Source: Candidatus Cloacimonadales bacterium (GTDB lineage Bacteria > Cloacimonadota > Cloacimonadia > Cloacimonadales > JAFGVF01). From it: a stretch of 64,000 nucleotides of DNA. Both the position numbers and the translations under genes were made by a program. The stretch covers positions 512,001 to 576,000 of the forward strand of contig CAXXOU010000001.1 in NCBI GenBank assembly GCA_963677495.2, written 5' to 3'. This document shows, one piece after another, positions 38,861 through 48,600 of the stretch. The stretch's first letter is position 1; the number at the start of each line of letters is the position of its first letter. The notes beneath the pieces are model-generated. The model was not told the origin of the DNA, did not search any database, and was given only the letters and a program-made list of their open reading frames with translations.

Positions 38861-39544
38861 CTACTTCTCAACAGCACTAAATTTAAACGTCCTAGAAACT
38901 ATCGCAGTACCAAACTCGTTGTATGGTTCAACACTCCAATAGTAATCCTTTCCACTTTCGACATTAACTTTGATCTTGCATTCCTGAATATCAGCTATCT
39001 CTTTTAGATACTGTTCATCTAAACCGATGTAGACACGATATCCATCTACCCTATCAACGGGTTCCCACACTAATGAAGCCTTAGCTCCGTTTTCAATAAT
39101 CGTCACATTAACTTCTTCCAATATTGGAGCAGGAGGGGCATCATATGTTGATAATCTAATCAAATCCGGATATAATTCAAAACTATTTTTTTGTTCTGTT
39201 TGTATATCAACTTGCGCATGAGCACCTGTACTTAGCTCTAATAAATAAACAGTTACTACATCTCCATCCTCAAGAGCATTTACGAAATCAGCTGTTTGTA
39301 CTTGTACAAATACTTCATTTTGTCCTTCAGGGACTAAATATTTAGAAGAGATTGAATTCTCAATGCTCAACACATCATTCGGATAGTTCGCACGCCAAGC
39401 TTCCCAATAAAGATTTTCCTCAGGAACCATCTCTCCAGATTCATTAACAAACCTTGTATAAACTGTATGAGGCATAGTCATTGGTTGTGAAACAAGTGCA
39501 ACCACGACTAGCATCATGCATACCACACTGTAACATCTATTCAT
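38861..39544 (-). CDS. Secreted protein with an N-terminal domain paralogous to 40376..41995 and a C-terminal FN3-like domain
   Basis: Signal peptide; 'PHT...F.N..G..V....W.A....P.D.L...QVQ.ADF.N' shared with the neighbour; 'YYWSVEPYN'. Confidence 0.75.
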   Translation of the reverse strand: MNRCYSVVCMMLVVVALVSQPMTMPHTVYTRFVNESGEMVPEENLYWEAWRANYPNDVLSIENSISSKYLVPEGQNEVFVQVQTADFVNALEDGDVVTVYLLELSTGAHAQVDIQTEQKNSFELYPDLIRLSTYDAPPAPILEEVNVTIIENGAKASLVWEPVDRVDGYRVYIGLDEQYLKEIADIQECKIKVNVESGKDYYWSVEPYNEFGTAIVSRTFKFSAVEK

Positions 39545-40301
39545 TCATTTTACCCTTTCTCGCAATAATAATCATACGGTCGCTATCATCACCATAAGGT
39601 GTAAAGCTAAAGTCACCATACGATTCAATAATAACAAACCCTATTGAGTTTAGTAAAGTTTTTATTTCATAGTAATCAATACTTCGTAATTTCAATGTAT
39701 GCAAGAACTCTTTTTTTTCTGTATTCTTCACAACATATCTATCATTCCACGTAATTATTTTAGAATTATTGTCTACGATGTGACTTGTATACATTTCAAC
39801 TTCACAGTCAAACCTTTCATGATATTTTGTATACAATTTAACTTCCCGCTGTATAAAAGGCAAATCACATACAGATGGATCAAGATCAAGACAAATCACA
39901 CCTTCAGAGCCTATAAGCTTACTCATATTCTGCAAGGCCAGTAATTGATCACTTTCATTAAGTATGTACTGAAATGTTGTATATGATACTATACATATGC
40001 TATATTGTGTATTATCGTTATATGTCAGCATATCTCCTAATTTGGGCTCATAATTGTCATCATCGTTATCAATCGACATCTTATCTACAAATGCCTGAGC
40101 ATTATCCACAGCAGTTACTTTGAGCCCATTTTGGGCAAGATACTTACTGATCCGGCCAGATCCCGCACCAAACTCTATAACGTTACCGGGATATTTAGTG
40201 CATAGTGTTAGCCACATTTCTATATCCAGTGACTGCTCAGCATTAAAATGTGAAAACTCCCAATCATAGAAATCAATAAAGTCATTCCAGTTTGTACTCA
40301 T
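39537..40301 (-). CDS. Class I SAM-dependent methyltransferase
   Basis: 'VIEFGAGSGRI', 'VTAVDN', 'GDM'; C-terminal 'YGDF...Y...S.RMIIIARK'. Confidence 0.9.
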   Translation of the reverse strand: MSTNWNDFIDFYDWEFSHFNAEQSLDIEMWLTLCTKYPGNVIEFGAGSGRISKYLAQNGLKVTAVDNAQAFVDKMSIDNDDDNYEPKLGDMLTYNDNTQYSICIVSYTTFQYILNESDQLLALQNMSKLIGSEGVICLDLDPSVCDLPFIQREVKLYTKYHERFDCEVEMYTSHIVDNNSKIITWNDRYVVKNTEKKEFLHTLKLRSIDYYEIKTLLNSIGFVIIESYGDFSFTPYGDDSDRMIIIARKGKMNE

Positions 40302-40331
40302 AGAAACCTTATCATTAATTGTAGATACAAG

Positions 40332-40358
40332 AAAAGGGCAGGATAAACCTGCCCTTTA
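40332..40358 (-). terminator. Terminator
   Basis: aaagggcagg-ataaa-cctgcccttt. Confidence 0.7.
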
Positions 40359-40375
40359 ATATATCTATCTTAACC

Positions 40376-41995
40376 TTATTTTACAACAACAACTTTCTTA
40401 GTAGCTGTGTTTGAAGGTGAAGAAAGTCTGAAGAAATAGATACCGCTTCCGCAGTTTCTACCATTAGCATCAGTACCATCCCATTTGATTTCACGGCTTT
40501 CGTTTGCTGTGAAGTTACGTACAGCCTGACCAAGAACGTTGTAAACAGTAATGTTAGCAACTTCGCCGTCTTTAACTGAAACGTTAAGAGTTGTTTCTGT
40601 GCCGAATGGGTTTGGATATGCATTACCCATGATTGTACGAGTAACAGGAACTACAGATTCAGCATCGATAGTGATAGGTTCTGATTTGTGTAAGTCAATC
40701 TGACCATCGATATCAATACATTCTACCCAGTAGTAGTATGTGTAGTTATCTTCTACTTCATTATCAACAACTTTATAAGTTGAAGCTTGGTTGTTAGGAA
40801 CAACTGAAGTAAGTAAAGCAGCATCTTCAAATGCTTCTACATCTGTTCTGTATACGTTGAATGTAGCTAAGTCAGATTCTGAAGCTGTTTCCCATGTAAG
40901 TTCAACAGCAACGTCACCGTCTACAGCCATCTGTGCAGCTGCGAATGTAGCAAATTCAACAGCAAGAGGTTCTGGATTGTCCTGCCAGATTACGAAATCT
41001 TCAGCAGATTTTGCAACTGAGAAAGTACAATCGAATGTTACTGTACCAACACCCCAAACGATGTTAGCGATTGGTGCATTACCAAGATTTTCAAGCATAG
41101 CAAGACCTAAATCTGCAATAGTATGAGCTAATGTTAATGTAAGAACACCATCATAACTAATTGTGATCTGATACTGAGCATTGAAAGTATCTTCTGGTTG
41201 CATTCCTGAACCTGTACCGTCACCTGTTTCTGTTACTGTAGGAGTTGGAACGTCTTCTGGAACGTCACCGAATGTAACACCATCAGCTGGGTTATCATCA
41301 TAATCTACAGTTGTGAATGACCATACTGGGCAGTTTGGAGCATCACCGGCATTGTTAGTAGGAACAATCTGCCAGTAGTAAGTTGTACCATAATTAACTG
41401 TTGGGTTGTAGAAAAGGTCAGCCTGTTCCATAACCATAGTCATTGGTGGGTTATCTGTGCCAAAATAAATTTTGTATGCATCTGCATTAGGTTCTGCATT
41501 CCACTGAATGTCAGCATCAACTGCAACATCAACAGCTGCATCAGCAGGCATTAATAAAGTAGTTGCAGCAGGAGCTACAGGACCGTCACTCATCATTTGG
41601 ATTGGTGTATATGTCGCATCCCATACATCTGAACCAGCAGATGTTAATGTAATATCTACATCTAAATAGTCACCAGTTGAAACTTGTTCAATATGAATGC
41701 TTACAACTTGACCAGCAGCCCATGGGTTTGCAAAGTCAGCACATTGTACCTGAAGCATTGACATAGCACCTTGAGGACCCATAATTGATGGATAAAATGC
41801 AGTTGAAAGTGATGTAGTTGGATCCAAAATGTCACCAGGATGATCAACTAAACGTTCAGCAGTCCAAGTCACATCAGCTGCATCAACTGTTGCACCAGCA
41901 TTATTTGTAAAACCAACAATTGCAGTATGTGGTTGTGCAATTATAACGCCTACAAGACCGATTAATAAAAATAATGAAATCAGAATTTTTTTCAT
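40376..41995 (-). CDS. Secreted protein with FN3-like repeat and FlgD-Ig CTD
   Basis: Signal peptide; 'YYWQIVPTN..GDAPNCPVWSFTT'; 'PLAVEFATF..LTWETASE..FNVYR'; 'AYPNPF...SGIYFFRL'. Confidence 0.85.
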   Translation of the reverse strand: MKKILISLFLLIGLVGVIIAQPHTAIVGFTNNAGATVDAADVTWTAERLVDHPGDILDPTTSLSTAFYPSIMGPQGAMSMLQVQCADFANPWAAGQVVSIHIEQVSTGDYLDVDITLTSAGSDVWDATYTPIQMMSDGPVAPAATTLLMPADAAVDVAVDADIQWNAEPNADAYKIYFGTDNPPMTMVMEQADLFYNPTVNYGTTYYWQIVPTNNAGDAPNCPVWSFTTVDYDDNPADGVTFGDVPEDVPTPTVTETGDGTGSGMQPEDTFNAQYQITISYDGVLTLTLAHTIADLGLAMLENLGNAPIANIVWGVGTVTFDCTFSVAKSAEDFVIWQDNPEPLAVEFATFAAAQMAVDGDVAVELTWETASESDLATFNVYRTDVEAFEDAALLTSVVPNNQASTYKVVDNEVEDNYTYYYWVECIDIDGQIDLHKSEPITIDAESVVPVTRTIMGNAYPNPFGTETTLNVSVKDGEVANITVYNVLGQAVRNFTANESREIKWDGTDANGRNCGSGIYFFRLSSPSNTATKKVVVVK

Positions 41996-42009
41996 CTTTT
42001 ACCTCTTTT

Positions 42010-42666
42010 TTATTTTATAGTTCTTCCACGTGAAGACTGGAAGCTACTATTACTATTTGACATTACTCTACCAGCTGGAGCAGGCCATACTGTTGGAGCA
42101 GTAACATTAACCATTAATGGCATACCTATTTCTGTAGGGAAGTCACCAAGCCACATGAAACCTAAGTTATCAGCCTGATCCCAACCTTGGTTTGTAGCAT
42201 TCCACATTGACACACTACCTGCACCTATTTCAGCACCGGCTACACTTGCCATTGTGATATCACTTCTATCAAGTGGAACCATTACAGTGTTGCTACCAGC
42301 AACAAGACTGTAGTTAGGTTGTGTTATCATTGCACCAGCACAATAATATGTTCCGGCTGCAGTTACGTTTACCATATATACTCCACCATCAGCTACAGGG
42401 AAGTCACCAAGCCACATGAAACCTAAGTTATCAGCCTGATCCCAACCTTGATTTGTAGTATTCCATTCTGAAACACTACCTGCACCAATTTCGCCACCAA
42501 GATTGCTAGCCATAGCATGTCCTGATTGCATTGGAAGAGCAACTAAATTACTACCAGCGAGAAGGTCATATTTTACATAACCAACTGTTTCGCTAGGATC
42601 TGATTCAACAGCAATGAGAAAAGTTACAGCTAATAATAAAATCAGCGGTATAATTACTTTCTTCAT
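42010..42666 (-). CDS. Secreted protein with an internal 87-aa duplication
   Basis: Signal peptide; two copies of 'AGSN.V..P...EIGAGSVS.WN.TNQGWDQADNLGFMWLGDFP'. Confidence 0.85.
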   Translation of the reverse strand: MKKVIIPLILLLAVTFLIAVESDPSETVGYVKYDLLAGSNLVALPMQSGHAMASNLGGEIGAGSVSEWNTTNQGWDQADNLGFMWLGDFPVADGGVYMVNVTAAGTYYCAGAMITQPNYSLVAGSNTVMVPLDRSDITMASVAGAEIGAGSVSMWNATNQGWDQADNLGFMWLGDFPTEIGMPLMVNVTAPTVWPAPAGRVMSNSNSSFQSSRGRTIK

Positions 42667-43234
42667 AATTCCTCCTAAATTAATTTAAGACCTTACCAAA
42701 AACATCCTTTTTCTTTTAACACATTCCCACGGTCCCATAATGTCGAGTAAACAAATGCATGTCAAATACTTTTTCTTTTTTCTGTACTTCGTTCATATGT
42801 TAATATTGTGTGAGCAGTCCTTTTTCACTGATTACCATTTATTTAGACACTTATACATCACTATTCTGCTAACTTCTTTTTCCATCGCTTTCTGCCTACC
42901 ATACAATAAATTAGAAACTTTTTTATTTGCTGTTGAAATTTTTCTATCTTTCAGCTTTCATTGAGCCTTAGAAATGATTTATTGTGCTGAAAAGTAGTTC
43001 AAAAGTGGATTTAAAACTTATATGTCTATCAGTGCCCTATCATAATTCTCATTCAAGGCTGACCAATGTACTATGAGTCTCTTGGGACTCACCTGTTCAG
43101 GATAACAAGAGACTGATATGAGAATGACAAGTATTAGCTAGTTGAGAGTCTCTTATTGTGATGGAGCAATGACACCCCGATGAGAAAAATCTAATTGGAA
43201 ATTATACCTCTCTTATCTACCAGATCCAGCATAC

Positions 43235-43317
43235 TTAACGGGTTGACCACGGGTAAACCGCAGGTTAACCACGGCTTACGTGGTTTGGGCGTGGTTTACC
43301 CGTGGATACTGCGTGGT
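43235..43317. repeat. Convergent 11-bp-period array, inverted copy of 23264-23346
   Basis: CCAC/CCGC at 43247/43258/43269 and GTGG at 43280/43291/43302/43313. Confidence 0.9.
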
Positions 43318-43327
43318 TAAACAAGCA

Positions 43328-44197
43328 TCATATTCCGGACTTCTCTATAAGATTCAAGTACTTTTTACTCTCTGTTAAGTTCGGATTTATCTTGAATGCT
43401 ATTGATAGGTTTGATTTTGCTTCTTTTAAATCACCTAAATAATAATAGCAAATCCCTTTAATATTGTAAGCTCGTGCTAAATCTCTATCTTTTCGAAGAG
43501 TGCTTGCAAAGAAAGTTCTATCATACAATTTCAAATCTTTCTTATAGCTCTCGCTTTCAAGTTGATTAAGTAATGTTTCCTTAATCTCAGGTTTTTCATC
43601 AAGAGTTAATACATCCCTTTTAAGCATACCTTCATAACGTTTAACGAAGTTGGTCCTGAATGATATACCTTTACTAACAAGTTCAAGTGCTTTATCATAG
43701 TTTTCAAGCTCCATAAAGATGTTTGCAGCTCTAAATAAAGCATAATCAGGCTCAGGGGACACCCTTGAAGATTTAATGTAAAATTCAGCTGTTTTTTCTT
43801 TATTACCCTTCTTCTTGTACACTTCAGCAATATTCAAATAGTTAAGATGAGCTTGTTGAGGATATTTCTTTGCAAGCTTAGTAAGTAAATTTAATGCTTT
43901 ATCATAATGTCCAAGTTCTCTATGAGCAAGAGCAATATTACCAATTGAATCATTATTTTCAGGGTCTATCCTGAGTACATCATTGTATAATTTAATAGCT
44001 CGAGCATATCTTCTATCTTTTAAGGCTAAATCAGCATGTTCTTTTATACCTAGAGCTTCTTCAATTCTGCCTTGGTCCCCAATTTCCTGTAACCACTTTG
44101 GTTGCAACAATGTCATAATACCAAAGACTATCAATAGTGTCCAAACCCCATAAATAACCCCGGGAGTTATATAATCGAAAGGTTTCTTTTTAGACAT
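43328..44197 (-). CDS. Membrane-anchored TPR protein
   Basis: N-terminal TM; TPR patterns such as 'AIKLYNDVLRIDPEN' and 'AYNIKGICYYYLGDLKEA...AFKINP'; start taken at MSKKK. Confidence 0.85.
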   Translation of the reverse strand: MSKKKPFDYITPGVIYGVWTLLIVFGIMTLLQPKWLQEIGDQGRIEEALGIKEHADLALKDRRYARAIKLYNDVLRIDPENNDSIGNIALAHRELGHYDKALNLLTKLAKKYPQQAHLNYLNIAEVYKKKGNKEKTAEFYIKSSRVSPEPDYALFRAANIFMELENYDKALELVSKGISFRTNFVKRYEGMLKRDVLTLDEKPEIKETLLNQLESESYKKDLKLYDRTFFASTLRKDRDLARAYNIKGICYYYLGDLKEAKSNLSIAFKINPNLTESKKYLNLIEKSGI

Positions 44198-44201
44198 GTT
44201 T

Positions 44202-45434
44202 CTATTCCTCTGTTGTATGGATGATAAAAAGAACATTCTTTCCCTCTTTTTGAAGTTTGTTAAAAAGCTTTATCGCTCTACTATTCTTTAATCTAAAAAC
44301 CTGCATTGCTCTTAAAGTGTGTTCATTATAAATAAAATCCCACTCTTTAAAATGCTCTATTACTCCTCTCCCACCTTTACCGGTTTCACCTGCACCCAGG
44401 ATAAGTATGTCAGATTTCTTATCAAAAATAGTATTGAGATCACGAGCATTAAAGGCACTCTTCTTATCTACAAGTCTGAAAGTTCCGTTAGGGAATATCA
44501 TGATATCATAGAATGGGATTACAAAACCTTTATACACTGTTAAACCATTAGAATGATAAGTTATCCCTTTGTTCCTGTTAAGTAAGAATGAAACACTTTG
44601 TACCAGGATTAGTAAAATCAGTATTCCTAAGTAAATACGTTTGAATACCTTCCTTTGACTAAGGTGTAAAATAATGAAAACGAGGAGTGAACTAAGCACA
44701 GTAAGCACCACTATTCGAAGCCAAAATACTTTATCTGTAAATAAGGAACTGTTAAAGAGAAGGAAGAGTACAAATACGGCCTCAAAAACAATTAAACTAA
44801 GTGGTGATTGGAAGTAGTCTTTGATCTTCTTATGCCTTACCTTCCATCCTTCTTCTACTATCCGTCCATGTTCTATCATAAAGAACACGAAGAGTAAACC
44901 AATAATTGTACCCCAACCATCTTTACCAATATCGGATATATCGAATACTCTACTAGAGATAAATACTTGAGCAACTTCGTCGAATGTTGAAGCTGACAAA
45001 GCAAGAGCAAATATGCTTTTTATCATCTTAGCATCAGAATAACCTTTCTCCTTAAAAAGACGATAAGCTATGAATGTGAAAATACCGTAGGCAAAGTAAT
45101 GCCAATTAAACTGAAGCTCGTAAAAGGAGTGGTTGAAATAATAATCAGACAGCAAATGACCGATTCTGAAAAGTACTATGATATTCAATAGGGTTATCCA
45201 ACGCCATCTGTCCATCTTTCTTAAAGATATGAATAGAATTGAGCCAATAAAAATCACCCCAACTAACACAACATAAGGTATAAAGACACTTCCCAGATCA
45301 AATCCGGCTCTTGAAATATTACCAATTGCTCGTTGTAAATAGTTCTGAAGCATTAAGAATGGTGTTAATACAAGCAAAGCTATATAAAACACCATCTGCA
45401 AAGTTCTGGAAAAAAACATACTCTCTTTTTTCAT
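44202..45434 (-). CDS. Polytopic membrane protein with VanZ-like region and C-terminal Mth938-like domain
   Basis: 'HYFAYGIF...DEVAQVFISSRVFDISDI..D..G' (VanZ-like); 'DILILGAG...AIKLFNKL..EGK.V....HTT' (Mth938/DUF498-like). Confidence 0.7.
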   Translation of the reverse strand: MKKESMFFSRTLQMVFYIALLVLTPFLMLQNYLQRAIGNISRAGFDLGSVFIPYVVLVGVIFIGSILFISLRKMDRWRWITLLNIIVLFRIGHLLSDYYFNHSFYELQFNWHYFAYGIFTFIAYRLFKEKGYSDAKMIKSIFALALSASTFDEVAQVFISSRVFDISDIGKDGWGTIIGLLFVFFMIEHGRIVEEGWKVRHKKIKDYFQSPLSLIVFEAVFVLFLLFNSSLFTDKVFWLRIVVLTVLSSLLVFIILHLSQRKVFKRIYLGILILLILVQSVSFLLNRNKGITYHSNGLTVYKGFVIPFYDIMIFPNGTFRLVDKKSAFNARDLNTIFDKKSDILILGAGETGKGGRGVIEHFKEWDFIYNEHTLRAMQVFRLKNSRAIKLFNKLQKEGKNVLFIIHTTEE

Positions 45435-45569
45435 CTGTTTCCCCTTGAGTATTAAACTGCACAACCTGTATTTAATGGTCAAGAGTAAACTTTCAATATT
45501 TAAAGAAATGGCGACCGGGAGGTCGCCATGTTTGGTAGTTAGGGAGATCATTTATGAGATAAAATCTCA

Positions 45570-45600
45570 CCGAAGCCACCCCTAACAGTGGCTCCGGCTT
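45570..45600 (-). terminator. Hairpin after the 45615 gene
   Basis: ccgaagccac-ccctaaca-gtggctccgg. Confidence 0.5.
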
Positions 45601-45614
45601 ATATTAATTACTTA

Positions 45615-48600
45615 TTACTTTTTCTTCTCAGGTTCTGGAGTTGGTTCGATATATTCGACCCAAGTTATGTTTCTGAGAGGATTTGTACGAATACTAAATG
45701 TGTTAACAGCAACAGGTGTGTCACGAACAACACCATCTGTAGCTATAATCTTAGCGAAGTAATGGTTACCTGGAAGCATTGTTGGATCCATAGTAGCCAT
45801 ATTAGTAGGCCAAGTGCTTAAGAAGCTGGCTGGTCCAACTACGAAGTCAGGAGTTGTACCTGCATATACATCGTACATTGTTGCGCCAGTTACAGCATCC
45901 CATGAAAGTTCCATAAGGCCACTTACACCGTTATAGTTAAGTACAAGGTTTGTTGGAGCATCAAGACCGGTTGATGGTTCACCAAGACCGGCTTCAGTTG
46001 TTGCAAATGCAACAGCCATATCGTCAAGCATTGGTCCACCAACACCGTTGTTTCTATATTGGATACCAATTGTACCGTCAATGTTCTCGATACCGATACA
46101 TGCATCACCCTGGATAGTTGATGTACCTGATTCTGTATCAGCATTAAAATAGTTCTGATACTGAATCTTAATTCTTCCGTCAGGATAAAGAATCAACTGC
46201 ATATCCATATATTCATTAGCATCACCGTAATCATTCCACATCTCTACTGTGTAAACGAAGTTACCATTAGCATCAAGACCATAGTAAGGTACTGAAGGAA
46301 CGTTTGCTGTATGAAGATCCATACCAGCAAGAGCAATTACATCATTAGGTGAACCTGCATTTGGAATTGACATGCCTCCGGCAGTAGAACCGGTAGGACT
46401 AGTAAACATACAGTAACCATTTGTTCCGATATAGATCATATCATAATCATTACCGAAGTAGTTAAATGTGAATCCGATAGGAACTTCCATATAACCATCA
46501 TCAGCACTTGTATATGTAGGTGTAGAACCTGTTGCACTAATGTCTACCCAATCGAATGTTGGCTGATAGCCTAAGCCATTACCATCAACAGTACTGTTAG
46601 CAAAGTAGTAACCACCGTAAAGTGTACCATCTCCACCATAGTTAGGATTAGATTGAGTTGTGAAGCTGTAGTTAGCTGCTGGAGGGTTACCTTCACCATT
46701 AATGTTATAACCGGTTACATACCAGTAGTACATTGTTTCATAGCCAAGAGGTGAAGTTAAAGTAACACCAGTTACATTACCAACATCTGTCATTGTGAAG
46801 TTAACATTATCATCACTAACATAGAGATTATAACCATCAGCCCAAACGTCTGAAATCCACTGGAATGTAGTGTATTCACTAACACCAGTTGCTAAGTCAG
46901 CTGGAGTAGTCATTGCGATTTCGCCAGGAGTACTTGCATATGTTGTGAAGCTCCAAGTTGCATAACCTGATGCATTACCATTAGCATTGTAAGGGATAAC
47001 TTCCCAATAGTAAGTTGTTCCACCTGCAAGACCTGAAACATCTGTTGTAAGATCTACGCCATTGTCATACATGTTAAGTATGTTTGTTGGTGGGTTATCT
47101 GTACCGAAGTTAACATAGTAACCATCAGCGATTGTTGCAGCAGTCCACTCAAGTGTAACACCGAAATCTTGGTCTACAGCACCATCAAGAGGGTTAACTA
47201 CAGATGCAGTACCAGGATTTGTACCAACAGTAGTGAAGCTCCATACAGGGCAGTTTGCTGTGCTACCATTCTGGTTATAAGGCACAACCTGCCAGTAATA
47301 CATTGTTAATGGATCTAAGCCACTATATGCATAAGTAAGAGCAGTTCCTTGATCATCACCATTCACGATTGTTGTAGGTGGGTTATCAATACCGAAGTAT
47401 AAGTCATAACCATCAGCATTAAATGCTGCAGTCCATTCTAAGTTTCCATCAGGAAGCTGATCTAAAGCACCGTCAACAGGAGCAACAGCAGTTGCTGCGG
47501 CAGGTGGAGCTATATCATCAAATATATTAATATCATCAATAGAGATATCGCCATAGAAACTTGTAGATTCCATAGCTCTGAAATCTATTTGGATTGTTTG
47601 ACCAATGTATGCAGCAAGATCTACTTCAGCATACATCCAACCATCAGTTGCAGCACCCGCAGGGTTAGTTAAAACAGCAACAGATTGATTCATTGTTGAA
47701 CCTGAATATATGTCGATATGTAATTCTGAAGTATTAGATGAATCACCAATCCAGTAATATAAACCTAACATAGGAGCAGTAAGACCTGTAAGATCCATTA
47801 ACTCACTATAAAGATGAGCAGGTACAGTTTCAGGGGAAGAGTCATCGATTACCATCATGTAACCGCTGTTTCCTGTATGCTCTGCTGTAGCACCATGTCC
47901 ACCTAACTCACTATTACCAATTTCCCAACTGTCACCTGAAACAACAGGGTCGATTAACCAACCTGTTGGAAGTGTATCAGTATCGAATGATTGAGTATAA
48001 GGGAATGTTGTGTTTGTTTGAGTTGTATAAGTTGTGAAGCTCCATACAGGGCAGTTTTCTGCATCACCGGCAGCATTGTAAGGAATTACCTGCCAGTAAT
48101 ATGTAGTTCCACCAGCTAAAGCCATTACATCATATGTAGTAGCAACGCCATTGTCATAATCTCTCACAACATCTGTTGGTGGATTATCTGTACCAACACT
48201 AATCTTATAACCACCCGCTAAAGCATCAGTAGCCCAGCTAAGTTCTAAATAAAGAGGTTGGTCTATAGCTGCATCTGCAGGAGCAATTAAAGCTACAGGT
48301 GAAGGTGGATTAGCAGTTGTTGTGAAACTCCAAACTGCTGCACCGGTTGCATCACCATTAAAGTTATAAGGTACAACCTGCCAGTAATAAGTAGTACCGG
48401 AAGCTAAACCTGAATATGTATAAGTTAAAACATCACCTAAGTCAGTACCGTTAACCATATCTGTAGGAGGGTTATCTGTACCAAAATAAAGGTCATAACC
48501 ATCTGCTAACGCTGATGCGTTCCATTCTAATGTTCCACCAGAAGGTTGATCAACAGCAGCATCTGCAGGAGCAACGATAGTTACAGGGTCAGGAGTACTT

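Noticed and set aside
42010..42666. Diversity-generating retroelement TR/VR pair
   Set aside because: Both repeats are in-frame within one gene, the core is identical rather than showing adenine-specific differences, and no reverse transcriptase is in the window
45508..45600. tRNA-like GC-rich segment
   Set aside because: Only separate short hairpins (atggcgacc-ggga-ggtcgccat and others); no T-loop GTTCRA and no cloverleaf
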